DNA of 64,000 bases from Gemmatimonadota bacterium (GCA_028875345.1 JAPPEG010000041.1:874-64873), one strand, 5' to 3'; shown: positions 54,552-64,000, counted from the stretch's first letter. The notes: a model not told the origin generated them from the letters alone. Translations and numbers: made by a program.

Positions 54552-55634
54552 ATGGTAGCGGGCAAAGGCAGGATCAGTGCCAACGGCAAACCCTTAGGCG
54601 AGGACAAGAACAAGGCCATCGACTTGGCGCTCTCCCAGATTGAACGTCAGTTTGGCAAAGGGGCCATCATGCGGTTGGGCGAGTCGGCGGCAATGGACGT
54701 CGATGTCATTTCCACGGGGGCCATTTCGCTAGATGCAGCCCTCGGGGTCGGCGGGGTGCCCAGAGGTCGGGTCATCGAGCTTTTCGGGCCTGAAGCCGCA
54801 GGTAAAACTATGCTGGCTTTGCACATCGTCTCTCAGGCGCAAAAGACCGGCACGGCGGCTTTCATCGACGCCGAGCACGCACTCGACGTAAATTTTGCCC
54901 GTCGGCTAGGCGTCGATATCGACAATTTGCTCGTCTCGCAGCCGGATTCAGGCGAAGAGGCCCTAGAGATCACGGATACGCTGGTGCGCAGCGGTGCCCT
55001 CGATCTCGTCGTTATTGATTCGGTGGCAGCGCTGGTGCCCAAGGCCGAGCTCGAAGGCGATATGGGCGACTCCCACGTAGGGTTGCAAGCGCGGCTGATG
55101 TCCCAAGCCCTGCGCAAGCTCACCGGGTCGTCGCAGAAGTCCGGGACCACGGTGATTTTTATCAACCAGTTGCGGATGAAGATTGGCGTGATGTTTGGCA
55201 GCCCCGAGACCACCACCGGCGGTCGTGCCCTAAACTTCTATTCCTCGGTTCGCCTCGACATCCGCGGCATTGGCGCGATCAAGGACGGCGACGAGATCAT
55301 CGGTCGCCGCACCCGCGTCAAGGTCGTCAAGAACAAGGTCGCCCCGCCCTTCCGCGAGGCCGAGTTCGACATCATGTTCCGCGGCGACGACGTAGGCATA
55401 TCGCGCGAGACTGATCTGCTCGACTTGGGCGTCAACAGCGGTTTCGTCGCCAAAAGCGGCACTTGGTTTTCCTACGGTGACGAGCGGCTGGGCCAAGGGC
55501 GCGAGAACGCGCGCATCTTCCTCCGCGACAACCACGAGATTCGCACGCGCCTAGAGACCGAAGTGCGCCAAGCCCTCAACATGAAGGTCGCAGAAGTGCC
55601 CGAACTAAAAGAAGCAGAGGCCGAACTAGCCTAG
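54552..55634 (+). CDS. recA: recombinase RecA
   Basis: 360 aa. Carries [19 protein letters not shown], Walker A GPEAAGKT and a full-length RecA pattern. AGGAGGA RBS. Confidence 0.97.
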   Translation: MVAGKGRISANGKPLGEDKNKAIDLALSQIERQFGKGAIMRLGESAAMDVDVISTGAISLDAALGVGGVPRGRVIELFGPEAAGKTMLALHIVSQAQKTGTAAFIDAEHALDVNFARRLGVDIDNLLVSQPDSGEEALEITDTLVRSGALDLVVIDSVAALVPKAELEGDMGDSHVGLQARLMSQALRKLTGSSQKSGTTVIFINQLRMKIGVMFGSPETTTGGRALNFYSSVRLDIRGIGAIKDGDEIIGRRTRVKVVKNKVAPPFREAEFDIMFRGDDVGISRETDLLDLGVNSGFVAKSGTWFSYGDERLGQGRENARIFLRDNHEIRTRLETEVRQALNMKVAEVPELKEAEAELA

Positions 55635-55747
55635 CTTCTGCGCTCTCGCGGGTCGAGGTGCCAAGGCGGCTTTGGTGACCCCACGCCAAGGCGGCCACAG
55701 CGCCTCGTACCCGCGCGTACTCCTTAACTCCCCCAAGGAGGTGAATT

Positions 55748-55999
55748 ATGCAGACTCTAAGCCCCGCAGCCATCCCCTTGCAGGCCCGCATTGGGCAAGC
55801 CCGCTCTTGGGCCGACTTGGAGTTGTTGTGCGAGCACATCGACGCTGCCTATCAGCGCGGCGAGCTCGATCCGTCCAGTGCCGACGAACTGAGTGCCTTG
55901 GTTGCAGCTACCGCCCTGAAGGTGCCCAAGCAACCAAGCATCCCCGCTGAGGCGCTCTTAGGTCGGGAGCCGGAAATCAACACCCGTCAAGCCGCCTGA
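55748..55999 (+). CDS. hypothetical small protein (83 aa) downstream of recA
   Basis: Strong AAGGAGG RBS 6 nt upstream of the ATG. A GC-rich hairpin (CCCGCC/GGCGGG) lies downstream at 56016-56032. No family recognised, and it is not RecX-like in length. Confidence 0.55.
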   Translation: MQTLSPAAIPLQARIGQARSWADLELLCEHIDAAYQRGELDPSSADELSALVAATALKVPKQPSIPAEALLGREPEINTRQAA

Positions 56000-56107
56000 C
56001 CAAGCCGCGACACAACCCGCCTTTAGGGCGGGCCAACATGGGCATCGGAGTTTTTGCTCCGGTGCCTTTTGTTTGCAAAAAACAGTCCATGCCGTATAAT
56101 CAAAGGC

Positions 56108-56695
56108 ATGCCTCGCAGTCCGTTGGAAACCCCTGCCTTAAAAGTGCTGATCGAGCGCCAGCAAATAGAACGGCGCATCGGCGAGTTGGCCCAGGAACTG
56201 GCCGCCGACTACGCTGGGTCGTCTCCCTTATTTATCGGCCTCCTCAACGGAGCAGTGCAGTTTATGATGGCCCTGATAGACCGCTTGCCCGAGGAGTTGT
56301 TGGCGCGGTTGGACTACGACTTCATTGATATTTCGAGCTATCAGGGCACGGAGAGTACCGGGCAGATAAAGTTGACCAAAGAATTCGTTGTCGCAGCGAT
56401 CGGACGGGACGTCCTAATCGTCGATGGCATCGTCGATAGGGGCCGATCCCTAGATTTTGTGCTGGCCAAGATAAAGTCGCAACAACCCCTTTCACTCAGA
56501 GTATGTACGCTGCTGAACAAACCTGCCCACAGGGAATTTCCAGTGCCGATAAATTACTGTGGTTTTGAAATTGAAGACGAGTTCGTCGTTGGCTACGGTA
56601 TGGATTGCGACCAGCGCTACCGAGCCCTGCGCCACATTGCTGTAATCGAACACGCCAGAGGAGAACTAGAGCAATGGCCCCTAAGAAAGTCTTAA
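56108..56695 (+). CDS. hpt: hypoxanthine phosphoribosyltransferase
   Basis: Internal ATG at 56108. PRPP-binding loop VLIVDGIVDRGRSL and C-terminal YGMDCDQRYRALRHI. Confidence 0.9.
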   Translation: MPRSPLETPALKVLIERQQIERRIGELAQELAADYAGSSPLFIGLLNGAVQFMMALIDRLPEELLARLDYDFIDISSYQGTESTGQIKLTKEFVVAAIGRDVLIVDGIVDRGRSLDFVLAKIKSQQPLSLRVCTLLNKPAHREFPVPINYCGFEIEDEFVVGYGMDCDQRYRALRHIAVIEHARGELEQWPLRKS

Positions 56696-57492
56696 TTACC
56701 GGCGTCTGTGGATTGATCGCCGGAGCCGTGTATCGGCATTTGCGCACCCAACCCGACCGCTATGACCTCTATGGTCTAGCGCGGCGGTCCCAACTTTCGG
56801 AGCGGACGTCTAAAGACGCAGAGTTGGGAATTCCCGAGGAGAAATTCATCCTCGCAGACCTGACCGACTACAACGCGATTGCCGAGGCCGTCGCGGGCAT
56901 GGACGTGGTCGTGCAACTGGCAGCCGACCCGCGGCCAGACGCTAGTTGGGAGAGTCTGCTCGGCAGCAATATCGTTGGGCCGCGCAATGTGCTGGAGGCC
57001 GCGCGCCGTGCTGGCGTCGGGCGCGTGGTCTTCGCCAGTTCGATCATGGTGTCTTGGGGTTACCAGCAGGAGGACCCGTACAAGGCCATCTCCGAAGGGC
57101 GCTTCGACGCGGTCCATGCCGGTCAGGTACAGGTCGTGACGCACGAGTGGCCGCATCGGCCCACTGGCCTCTATCCAGCGACTAAGATCTGGGGCGAAGC
57201 CCTAGCGCGTTACTACGCCGACGTACACAATATGTCGGTGCCCTGTCTGCGCATCGGCTGGGTCAATGCCGAGGACCATCCGCGCGACGAGCGAGGCGGA
57301 GCCATCTGGTGCAGCCAGCGCGATGTCGTTCAGCTCGTGCAGCGCGCCATCGAAGCGCCTGCGGACTTGCGCTTTGATATTTTTTACGGAGTGTCCAACA
57401 ACCGCTGGCGCTGGGTCGATATCGACCATCCGCGCCAAGTCTTGGGCTATATCCCCGCAGACAGCGCCGAAGAGAAGTTAGGGCTGGCCTGA
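56674..57492 (+). CDS. NAD-dependent epimerase/dehydratase family protein
   Basis: The ATG at 56674 gives MAPKKVLITGVCGLIAGAVY (GxxGxxG Rossmann) and a YPATK active-site motif. It overlaps the hpt end by 22 nt. Confidence 0.8.
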   Translation: MAPKKVLITGVCGLIAGAVYRHLRTQPDRYDLYGLARRSQLSERTSKDAELGIPEEKFILADLTDYNAIAEAVAGMDVVVQLAADPRPDASWESLLGSNIVGPRNVLEAARRAGVGRVVFASSIMVSWGYQQEDPYKAISEGRFDAVHAGQVQVVTHEWPHRPTGLYPATKIWGEALARYYADVHNMSVPCLRIGWVNAEDHPRDERGGAIWCSQRDVVQLVQRAIEAPADLRFDIFYGVSNNRWRWVDIDHPRQVLGYIPADSAEEKLGLA

Positions 57493-57498
57493 GCCAAA

Positions 57499-58053
57499 AT
57501 GGGCCGAGAGCCTAAGACCAAAACGGACCTATTGTCCGTCAAGCTGTTCTTCGTCGTCCTAGGGGCTATTGTCGCCTACAATGTCGTCAATTGGATGCGC
57601 GGCGAGCCAGAATGGGAAGAGCGAACCTATGAGCCGGGGGCCTTCACAGTGCAGACGGCCGGCCGACCCAATCTGCGCAAGCTGCGCGAGCCGTTGTCCT
57701 TTGGCGAGGTAGAGTTCCAATACCTGATGTTCGAGCGCGCCGACGTGCAATACGCCATTGCCTACGGGGATATGCCCGAAGCCGTCCAAGCTGATAGTGC
57801 GATTGCTGCGCGTCGAGATGCTATCTTGCAGAAGGTGGAGGGAACGATCCTGTCGGAGGCCGCCGTTGAGATGGACGGGCATCCCGCTTGGCAGACGCAG
57901 ATACAAGCTGCCGACGAAAGCCTCCTGCGAATGCAGAGCCTACAGGTGGGCCAGCGGCTCTACAGCTTGATGGCGGTCGGAGCACCCTCTGCGTTTGACG
58001 ACCCCTCGGATATCGAGCGATTTTTCTCGTCCTTCAGGCTCGCCAAGCCCTGA
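57499..58053 (+). CDS. hypothetical membrane-anchored protein
   Basis: 184 aa with a single N-terminal TM helix (LFFVVLGAIVAYNVVNW). No family recognised. Confidence 0.6.
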   Translation: MGREPKTKTDLLSVKLFFVVLGAIVAYNVVNWMRGEPEWEERTYEPGAFTVQTAGRPNLRKLREPLSFGEVEFQYLMFERADVQYAIAYGDMPEAVQADSAIAARRDAILQKVEGTILSEAAVEMDGHPAWQTQIQAADESLLRMQSLQVGQRLYSLMAVGAPSAFDDPSDIERFFSSFRLAKP

Positions 58054-58069
58054 TGATAAGGAGTATTAA

Positions 58070-59119
58070 GTGAAGCTGCTCAAAGAGCTATGCGAAAGCG
58101 CGGGGGTTCCCGGCCGGGAGGATCGGCTGCGCGAGATCGTGCGGCGGGAGCTTGCGCCCCTGACCGACGAGATGCGGGTGGATGCCTTGGGCAACCTGAT
58201 CGCCGTGAAGAAGGCGAGCAAGGGCAAAAAGGCCAAGAAGCTGATGATCGCCGCGCACATGGACGAGATCGGTTTCGTGGTTTCGCACATGGACGAGCGG
58301 GGCCTTTTGCGACTGGTGCCCCTAGGCGGACACGACCCGCGCAATATGGTGGCCCAAAGGGTCGTCGTCAGGGGCAAGAAGCGCGATCTGCCGGGCCTGC
58401 TCTACCCAGGTATCAAACCGCCGCACATCCAGACGGAGGCCGACCGCAACGCCAAGCTGGCCATCAGTGACTTTATCGTCGATCTCTACCTGTCGCCAGC
58501 CAAAGTCAGGCGCGAGGTCGAGCTTGGCGCGATGGTGACGTTGCAGCGGGATTTCGCTGAGATCGGCGACGGGGTTTCTTGCAAGGCCATGGATGACCGC
58601 GTCGCACTCTACGTGATGATCCGCGCCATGCAGCAGGCCAAGACCTTTGGTTGCGAGACCTATGCGGTGGCCACTGTGCAGGAGGAGGTCGGCTTGCGGG
58701 GCGCGCAAGTAAGCGCGTTTGGAGTCGAGCCAGACCTAGGGGTGGCTCTCGACGTGACGCTGGCGGCCGATATTCCGGGGATACCTGAGCACGAGCAGGT
58801 AACGCGCCTAGGACAGGGTGCGGCGATTAAACTGCTGGACTCGTCGGCGATCTCGCATCCAGGCTTGGTGGCCCAACTCAGAGGGCTGGCAAAAAAAAGA
58901 AAAATCAAGTGCCAATTGGAAATCCTCCCCCTCGGCGGCACGGACGCCGGGGCCATGCAAGGGGTGCGGTCCGGTGTGCCGGTGGCGACGATTTCAGTGC
59001 CGACGCGCTACATTCACACTTCGGTCGAGCTGGTTGACAAAGGCGACTTGCAAGCCGCCGTGGATTTGCTGACCGCCTTTCTCGAAGAGGGCCATCGAGC
59101 CGACTTGACGCTCGTCTGA
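58070..59119 (+). CDS. M42 family metallopeptidase (glutamyl aminopeptidase / FrvX-like)
   Basis: 349 aa with a GTG start. Carries LCESAGVPGRE, AAHMDEIGF, a QEEVGLRGA motif and a conserved C-terminal VPTRYIHT motif. Confidence 0.85.
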   Translation: MKLLKELCESAGVPGREDRLREIVRRELAPLTDEMRVDALGNLIAVKKASKGKKAKKLMIAAHMDEIGFVVSHMDERGLLRLVPLGGHDPRNMVAQRVVVRGKKRDLPGLLYPGIKPPHIQTEADRNAKLAISDFIVDLYLSPAKVRREVELGAMVTLQRDFAEIGDGVSCKAMDDRVALYVMIRAMQQAKTFGCETYAVATVQEEVGLRGAQVSAFGVEPDLGVALDVTLAADIPGIPEHEQVTRLGQGAAIKLLDSSAISHPGLVAQLRGLAKKRKIKCQLEILPLGGTDAGAMQGVRSGVPVATISVPTRYIHTSVELVDKGDLQAAVDLLTAFLEEGHRADLTLV

Positions 59120-59240
59120 ATTAATGTCTCGCGGCTTTGTAACCTTGTCTGGGGATGTAGGGTCTCTTTAAACCGTCCAAAACCAGAAATCGGCCGCAAC
59201 GCAGCCCTCTTACCTTAACGCGATCTTTGGGCTGTTTTAT

Positions 59241-60215
59241 TCATTTTGCGCTCTCCGACAGAGGTACGGCAACCGACCTGCCGGTCCTTCCTGCCTCGTG
59301 AATCGCCTCGACCACTCTTAGAGCCTGTAGTCCGTCGCGGCTGTGCGGGTCCACACCGGGTGCGCTCTCGATGACCTTCTTTCCCTGGATCACATCGACG
59401 AAGTAACCCGTCAACGATCCTTGGTGAGAGGGGTTTTCGACAGGTTCCCATCCAGAGGGCCGCGCCATTGTGAAAAGCAGGTCGCGTTCAAGGCGGAAGC
59501 TCTTTTGTGCGCTGTAAACCGTGACCTCATCCTCGTATTCGTCACAGTTTTTGATACACAGCAGGTGCGCGCACAATCCGCCAGAAAAATCCAGCCGCAC
59601 GTCGACAAAATCCTCAACTCCACCTGCCTCTTCATAGGCGACGGTCCCAGCGACGGCCACGATACGCTGTCCGACGAGCCAAGGCAGTACATCAAGGATA
59701 TGTACCGTCCGCGTATGCAACATACCGCCGTCTGCCAGGTTACCGCCGGCTCTGCGCTGAATCGCCGTCATGTACTGAATATCATCGGAACTAGAGGCTA
59801 ACTGACTGCGTACATACTCTGTGCTCGCCATGAAACGCCGCGTGAAAGCTGTCATTAACAGACATTCTTGTGACTGGCTGATAGCGGTCAATTCTTTGGC
59901 GTGTGCTACTGTGACTGTCGTCGGCTTGTCGACGAGAACGGGTATGCGCCGTTCTAGCGCGAGCTTGCATTGTTCATAGTGATATTGATTTGGGGTGCTG
60001 ACGACGACACCGTCCACGAGATCGGGGTCAAGCAGGTCGCGGTAATCCCGACTGGTCTGGCTGGCGCACAGACTCTCCGGCAGGTTGTCCAGACGATCCT
60101 GCGAGATGTCACAGACTGCTGTGATCTCCACGTCCCTCCGCTGGATGAGATTCGGAATGTGATAATTAGGACAGAAACGTCCCACTCCGATCAGGCCAAT
60201 TCTAGTCTGTTCCAT
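59241..60215 (-). CDS. Gfo/Idh/MocA family oxidoreductase
   Basis: 324 aa. N-terminal Rossmann IGLIGVGRF and a DKP motif (VLVDKP). Confidence 0.85.
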   Translation of the reverse strand: MEQTRIGLIGVGRFCPNYHIPNLIQRRDVEITAVCDISQDRLDNLPESLCASQTSRDYRDLLDPDLVDGVVVSTPNQYHYEQCKLALERRIPVLVDKPTTVTVAHAKELTAISQSQECLLMTAFTRRFMASTEYVRSQLASSSDDIQYMTAIQRRAGGNLADGGMLHTRTVHILDVLPWLVGQRIVAVAGTVAYEEAGGVEDFVDVRLDFSGGLCAHLLCIKNCDEYEDEVTVYSAQKSFRLERDLLFTMARPSGWEPVENPSHQGSLTGYFVDVIQGKKVIESAPGVDPHSRDGLQALRVVEAIHEAGRTGRSVAVPLSESAK

Positions 60216-60273
60216 GGCGTGTCAGTTCCAATCTTGGCACCAATTAGAGACATACTCTCGACTGTGCAATCAC

Positions 60274-61794
60274 CTATTCCCGATAGCCGTGCAGTGCAAT
60301 TCGATCCAGCAGGATAACCTGGTCTCTGTCGCCAAACAAAAACGCCACCCGGACATCTCTTACATCTCTGCCAGTATGCGTGTACTCAATCGTATAGTCC
60401 CTTTTTGCGTTCGAGATTGTCACCGGCGTGGAGGTCCAAAACCCATCGCTCGAACCGGAGACGTCGGCCAATCGCACCTTGAGAGTTCCCATCCCACCCA
60501 CGGATTTGGCTAGGAAGGATATCTTATAGAGCCTTCCTTGTCTCAGGGAGATCAGATACCTACCCGGAGGACTCCACTTTCTCTTGGGGGTTTCCTGATA
60601 GATTGCGGCCCGGTCTGATTTTTTGCTTTCTACTTTGAGTGCAGCCAAGCCGCTCAGGCCTGCGTTCCTCGCCACGGACGTCTGCACGGGCCCTTCGCTG
60701 GTCCAGTGAGCGGTTCCGCTGCTGAACTCCGAATTGATAAGTGGCGACATAGGGGAGGGCGGGGGAGCCGTGACTTCCGTAAGAATATTAAGTGCGTCCT
60801 GGTTCCAACCGTCCTCGGTATTGAGAATGTTGAAGGCCCATTGGTTGTTGAAACCTGCACAATAATACATCCAGCCGATGTTGTGTTTCTTGCATTCGTC
60901 GGCCACAAACCCAATATAGGCCTTGAAGTCTTCAACCGTATGGCAGGGCGGCACCCAAGCACCCCATTCGCTCAGAAGCAGGGGCTTTCTCCATTTTTTC
61001 GACCATGCCACCGGGTGTGACATCTGCTCTCTCACTTCATCCTTCCACTTAGGAACTTCGTCTAGCCCAGAGGTTCCATGCGTGAACTTGTGCGGTTGAT
61101 ACATGTGAAAGATGCCGATGATATTGGCGTCGTCCGCAAACCCTGAGCCGTCTTCCAGCCTGTACGTCAGATATTCCGGTGTGACGAATTCCTCGAGTTC
61201 ACGACCCCCGTTAAAGCCGGGGCCGCCGATTCCGAGGATGCGGTTTGGGTTGGTCTTCCTGATGATGGGGATCGCCGCGTTGAGGTATTCCATAACGGTT
61301 TTGCCGTCCTTTATTCCCTGAATCCCTCCCGGTTTCACTATCAGCCCCGCCGGTTCGTTCCAAAGTTCAAAGACAAGGCTGCCGGGGTAGTCCTTGTAGT
61401 ACTTGGCAATTCTATCCCAAATTGCGACAAACTCCTGTAGCCCCTCTTTCGGCTTCGATGCCCATTGACCGCTCCCCCACAAGCAGATCACGACAGCAAG
61501 GTCCCGGTCAAACGCGTCCTGTATCCTGGTTTTGTAGATAGCCGGATCTTCCCCAGCAACAACGAAGAAGCGGATGCTTTGGAATCCCGCGGCCTTGACG
61601 GCATCATACTGGGCAGGATCGTACAACACTTTTTCGGGTGGACCTCCTTCAAGATGGGAGACATCCACGTTGATGCCTTTGCCGATCCGCTCGAACACGA
61701 TCTCCCCTTTGCTCAGCTTCGTCGTCGACTCCCCCAGTAGGGGAAAGCCCAGAATGAGCGCTATTGCGATTTTACGGAAGTGGATCTCTTTCAA
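60274..61794 (-). CDS. secreted glycoside hydrolase family 5 enzyme with C-terminal carbohydrate-binding-like beta domain
   Basis: 506 aa with a signal peptide. GH5 acid/base motif FELWNEP and later LLSEWG (nucleophile Glu context). The C-terminal ~150 aa are CBM4/9-like. Confidence 0.85.
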   Translation of the reverse strand: MKEIHFRKIAIALILGFPLLGESTTKLSKGEIVFERIGKGINVDVSHLEGGPPEKVLYDPAQYDAVKAAGFQSIRFFVVAGEDPAIYKTRIQDAFDRDLAVVICLWGSGQWASKPKEGLQEFVAIWDRIAKYYKDYPGSLVFELWNEPAGLIVKPGGIQGIKDGKTVMEYLNAAIPIIRKTNPNRILGIGGPGFNGGRELEEFVTPEYLTYRLEDGSGFADDANIIGIFHMYQPHKFTHGTSGLDEVPKWKDEVREQMSHPVAWSKKWRKPLLLSEWGAWVPPCHTVEDFKAYIGFVADECKKHNIGWMYYCAGFNNQWAFNILNTEDGWNQDALNILTEVTAPPPSPMSPLINSEFSSGTAHWTSEGPVQTSVARNAGLSGLAALKVESKKSDRAAIYQETPKRKWSPPGRYLISLRQGRLYKISFLAKSVGGMGTLKVRLADVSGSSDGFWTSTPVTISNAKRDYTIEYTHTGRDVRDVRVAFLFGDRDQVILLDRIALHGYRE

Positions 61795-61972
61795 TTTTTC
61801 TCCTGAAGTTTGCTCAATAGGAGCCGTAGTTGTAAGATACGCGAACTTTGTTTAGTTTGCCGCCGTAGCGGTGTTTTCGGCAGATAGCATAGCCGCGAAT
61901 GTTGTGGGTTGAGTGGGACAGAGAGATGCCAGAAAACACCGTCCACCCTCCAGAATCCATCGAGGTCTAACT

Positions 61973-63610
61973 ATGGGCATTGACACCTACACCGTGAACC
62001 ACTGGAACGAGGCGGCGCACGCACACGAGCCTTCGATCCTTACCATAGAGCAGAACTTCACCTTCGACGCGCTCGGGTTCGTCGTGCTGCCGCAACTCCT
62101 CAGCCAAGCCGAGCTGTCCGCGTGCCGCGACAGCGGCGATGGGCTGGGCGATCTCTGCAGCGAGGCCGGTGCCGTCGGACGCTACGTGCGCGAGCTATGC
62201 GGCGATGGCTTTCGCCAAGACGGCCCTGCGAGGCATGTCCCTGCTGCCGCCGCAGGAGGGTACGACGAAGCCTCGCTGCCACTGGAAGGCGGGGCGCACA
62301 CGCTGGACCGGGCGTACATCAACCTAGCGGGGTGGAATGGTTGCAACGCCGACGGAACTCCGCTCACGCGGGCCGGCGGTGCCTGGGAAGAGGTCCGCAT
62401 CCGGCAGTGCCAAGGGCTGATGGTGGCCATCGCCCTCACGGACTCCGCAGAAGGCAAGTGCCCGCTGGTGGTCGTGCCCTCCTCGCACAAGAGCGGGCTG
62501 CCGGCCCCACCGCTTCCATCCTCCAGCCGCTTCGCCGAGCGCCCGGCGCTGGCAGCGGGCGATGTGCTGCTGTGCGCCGCCAGCACGCTGCACGGGGTTT
62601 GCCCGCAGGGTGATGCGGGAGAGCTACTCGTGGTAAATTTCATCTCGCGCACGGCTCGGCCACAGGGGCCACCTGACCAGCAGGACAAGCAACCCCTGCC
62701 CGCATGGGCGGAAGGGCTGGGCGAGGCCGAGCAAACCGTGCTAGCGGGCGGCGACTCGCGTCGTCTGCTCCTATCGGACGGCACTACCACCTGGCTCACC
62801 TCCGCCGCCGATGCCGACGCGGCTCAGAGGGCCTCCTCTCCCCTCGAGTTCGAACGCCGCGATGATCACGCCGAGCGCTGGGCGTTTGATACCCAGGGCT
62901 TCCTGTTGGTCGAGGGCGTCATGGACGATGATTGGATCAATGCGGCCGTGGCCGGCATCGACGCCAACCTCGACCGCTTGGTGTACCGGGGCGTAGGCGA
63001 CAACAAGCTTGACGGGGACGTGACGCTTGCCGACATCCCTGGGGCACCGACAATCTCGGGCACAGGCCGGCCGGACCTGAAGGACTTGTTTCAGCTACCG
63101 GTGCCGCACAATGCGCCTTTCCTCAAAATGTTGGCGCATCCGGCCGTCATCCAGCGCCTGAACTGGATGATTGGACCAGGGTACAGGGTAACCCAGAACA
63201 CGGCCCTGTGCCACGTCAAAGGCTCGAGCGGGCAGATGCTGCACTCGGGGAACGCCAACCCGACCTGCATCGGCAAGCACTACGAGATAGTAAACGGGCG
63301 CGTGCACACGAGGTCGGGCATCAACGTCGCCTGGCAGCTCAACGACGTCGGGCCCGACGATGGCGGATTTGTCGTAGTGCCGGGCAGTCACAAATCGTGC
63401 TACCCCTTGCCGCATTCGGTGCGGACCTGCAACGAGCGCGCGCCGATCCGCCACATTCCAATGCGTCGCGGGTCTGTTCTCTTCTTTTTGGGCGGGACGG
63501 TCTGTCACGGGGCGTACCGCTGGGAGGCTGAGTCACCGAGGCGGACAGCGCTCTTCACGTACGGGCACGACGGCCGGCACCCTTTTGCATGGCCCTCGAG
63601 CAAACTGTGA
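61973..63610 (+). CDS. tandem phytanoyl-CoA dioxygenase (PhyH)-like Fe(II)/2-oxoglutarate oxygenase-fold protein
   Basis: Two PhyH-like halves, each with the V-V-V-P-x-S-H-K-S motif (VVVPSSHKS, VVVPGSHKS). The C-terminal half has LHSG...CHGAYRW...R. The start is taken at the ATG at 61973. Confidence 0.7.
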   Translation: MGIDTYTVNHWNEAAHAHEPSILTIEQNFTFDALGFVVLPQLLSQAELSACRDSGDGLGDLCSEAGAVGRYVRELCGDGFRQDGPARHVPAAAAGGYDEASLPLEGGAHTLDRAYINLAGWNGCNADGTPLTRAGGAWEEVRIRQCQGLMVAIALTDSAEGKCPLVVVPSSHKSGLPAPPLPSSSRFAERPALAAGDVLLCAASTLHGVCPQGDAGELLVVNFISRTARPQGPPDQQDKQPLPAWAEGLGEAEQTVLAGGDSRRLLLSDGTTTWLTSAADADAAQRASSPLEFERRDDHAERWAFDTQGFLLVEGVMDDDWINAAVAGIDANLDRLVYRGVGDNKLDGDVTLADIPGAPTISGTGRPDLKDLFQLPVPHNAPFLKMLAHPAVIQRLNWMIGPGYRVTQNTALCHVKGSSGQMLHSGNANPTCIGKHYEIVNGRVHTRSGINVAWQLNDVGPDDGGFVVVPGSHKSCYPLPHSVRTCNERAPIRHIPMRRGSVLFFLGGTVCHGAYRWEAESPRRTALFTYGHDGRHPFAWPSSKL

Positions 63611-63700
63611 GCTCCTAGCGCCCAATGCCCGCGCCCGAAGCCAGACCGCGCCCGGGCCGCCGTCCTACACAGCAGTTACCGCGCCTAACGCTGCTCCCTG

Positions 63701-64000
63701 TTATGCAATGGTCTTGCCGACAATGCGTTCCTTCGCACCTTTCATCGCCGTATCCGACTGCCACCGGTCGAGTCGAGCTCGAAGCGCTGTGACGCGGTCC
63801 GCGCTCCCGCCATCGCCAATCAGGTTCTGGAACTCCCGCGGGTCCGCGCTCAAGTTATAGTACTCTCCTGACTCGTCTCCATAGACATTCAGCTTCTCGC
63901 TCTCGGTCCGGATCATCTTGATATCCCCGATCTGACTGAACACGGCGTCCCGCCAGCCTGGTCCAGGGGTGCCTTTGCGGATACTCGGAAGAAGGGAACG
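63701..64000 (-). CDS. sulfatase family protein, C-terminal fragment (gene start lies beyond the window end)
   Basis: The tail ...EKLNVYGDESGEYYNLSADPREFQNLIGD... is the typical sulfatase C-terminal pattern. The frame stays open to the window edge. Confidence 0.7.
   Translation of the reverse strand, partial: RSLLPSIRKGTPGPGWRDAVFSQIGDIKMIRTESEKLNVYGDESGEYYNLSADPREFQNLIGDGGSADRVTALRARLDRWQSDTAMKGAKERIVGKTIA

Noticed and set aside
55660-55695. 11-nt direct repeat GCCAAGGCGGC (55660-55670 and 55685-55695) downstream of recA.
   Set aside because: It is a single short duplication of GC-rich sequence. It has no further copies seen, no associated structure or ORF, and chance occurrence is plausible in high-GC DNA.

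Overview
This is a high-GC bacterial chromosomal segment, densely coding on both strands and mostly housekeeping. Recognised blocks are pfk-pgk-tpiA-secG-tRNA-Leu, dnaE, map, relA/spoT-hisC, mpl, dnaG, rho-rpmE(type B)-DUF1385-prfA-prmC-radA, recA and hpt. There are three tRNAs: Leu-GAG, Val-CAC and a CAT-anticodon Met/Ile2. Interspersed are secreted, envelope and carbohydrate-type genes: M16 and M42 peptidases, two GT2 glycosyltransferases, ThuA, a lamin-tail-domain protein, a CRTAC1/ASPIC FG-GAP protein, two Fn3-dockerin paralogues, a GH5 glycosidase, a Gfo/Idh/MocA oxidoreductase, a tandem PhyH-type dioxygenase and a sulfatase. I recognised no rRNA, CRISPR array, transposase, integrase or phage genes. 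The taxon cannot be assigned from the sequence alone. The stand-out is a ~14 kb, nine-gene, tightly packed minus-strand operon (20995-35232). It encodes, in order: a NusG-II/Gx-transporter pair; an OPT-like 651-aa membrane protein; a 1583-aa fusion of a ligand-substituted PA/M28 pseudo-peptidase to an FtsX/MacB-type permease with no ABC ATPase nearby; an OPT-like 808-aa membrane protein; a Cys-free internally duplicated 330-aa protein; an orphan PqqD/RRE-like protein; a PAP2-like protein; and RecD2. I regard this as the best candidate for an undescribed envelope system. Its function is inference only. Secondary observations are a PhyH domain with an H-x-G (halogenase-like) iron motif, a dockerin inserted inside an Fn3 domain, a GAAC/GTTC inverted repeat over the recA promoter, a long C-rich rho leader, an apparently leaderless mpl, and an AT-rich palindrome between tpiA and secG. 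All protein calls rest on by-eye motif recognition; no database search was run.
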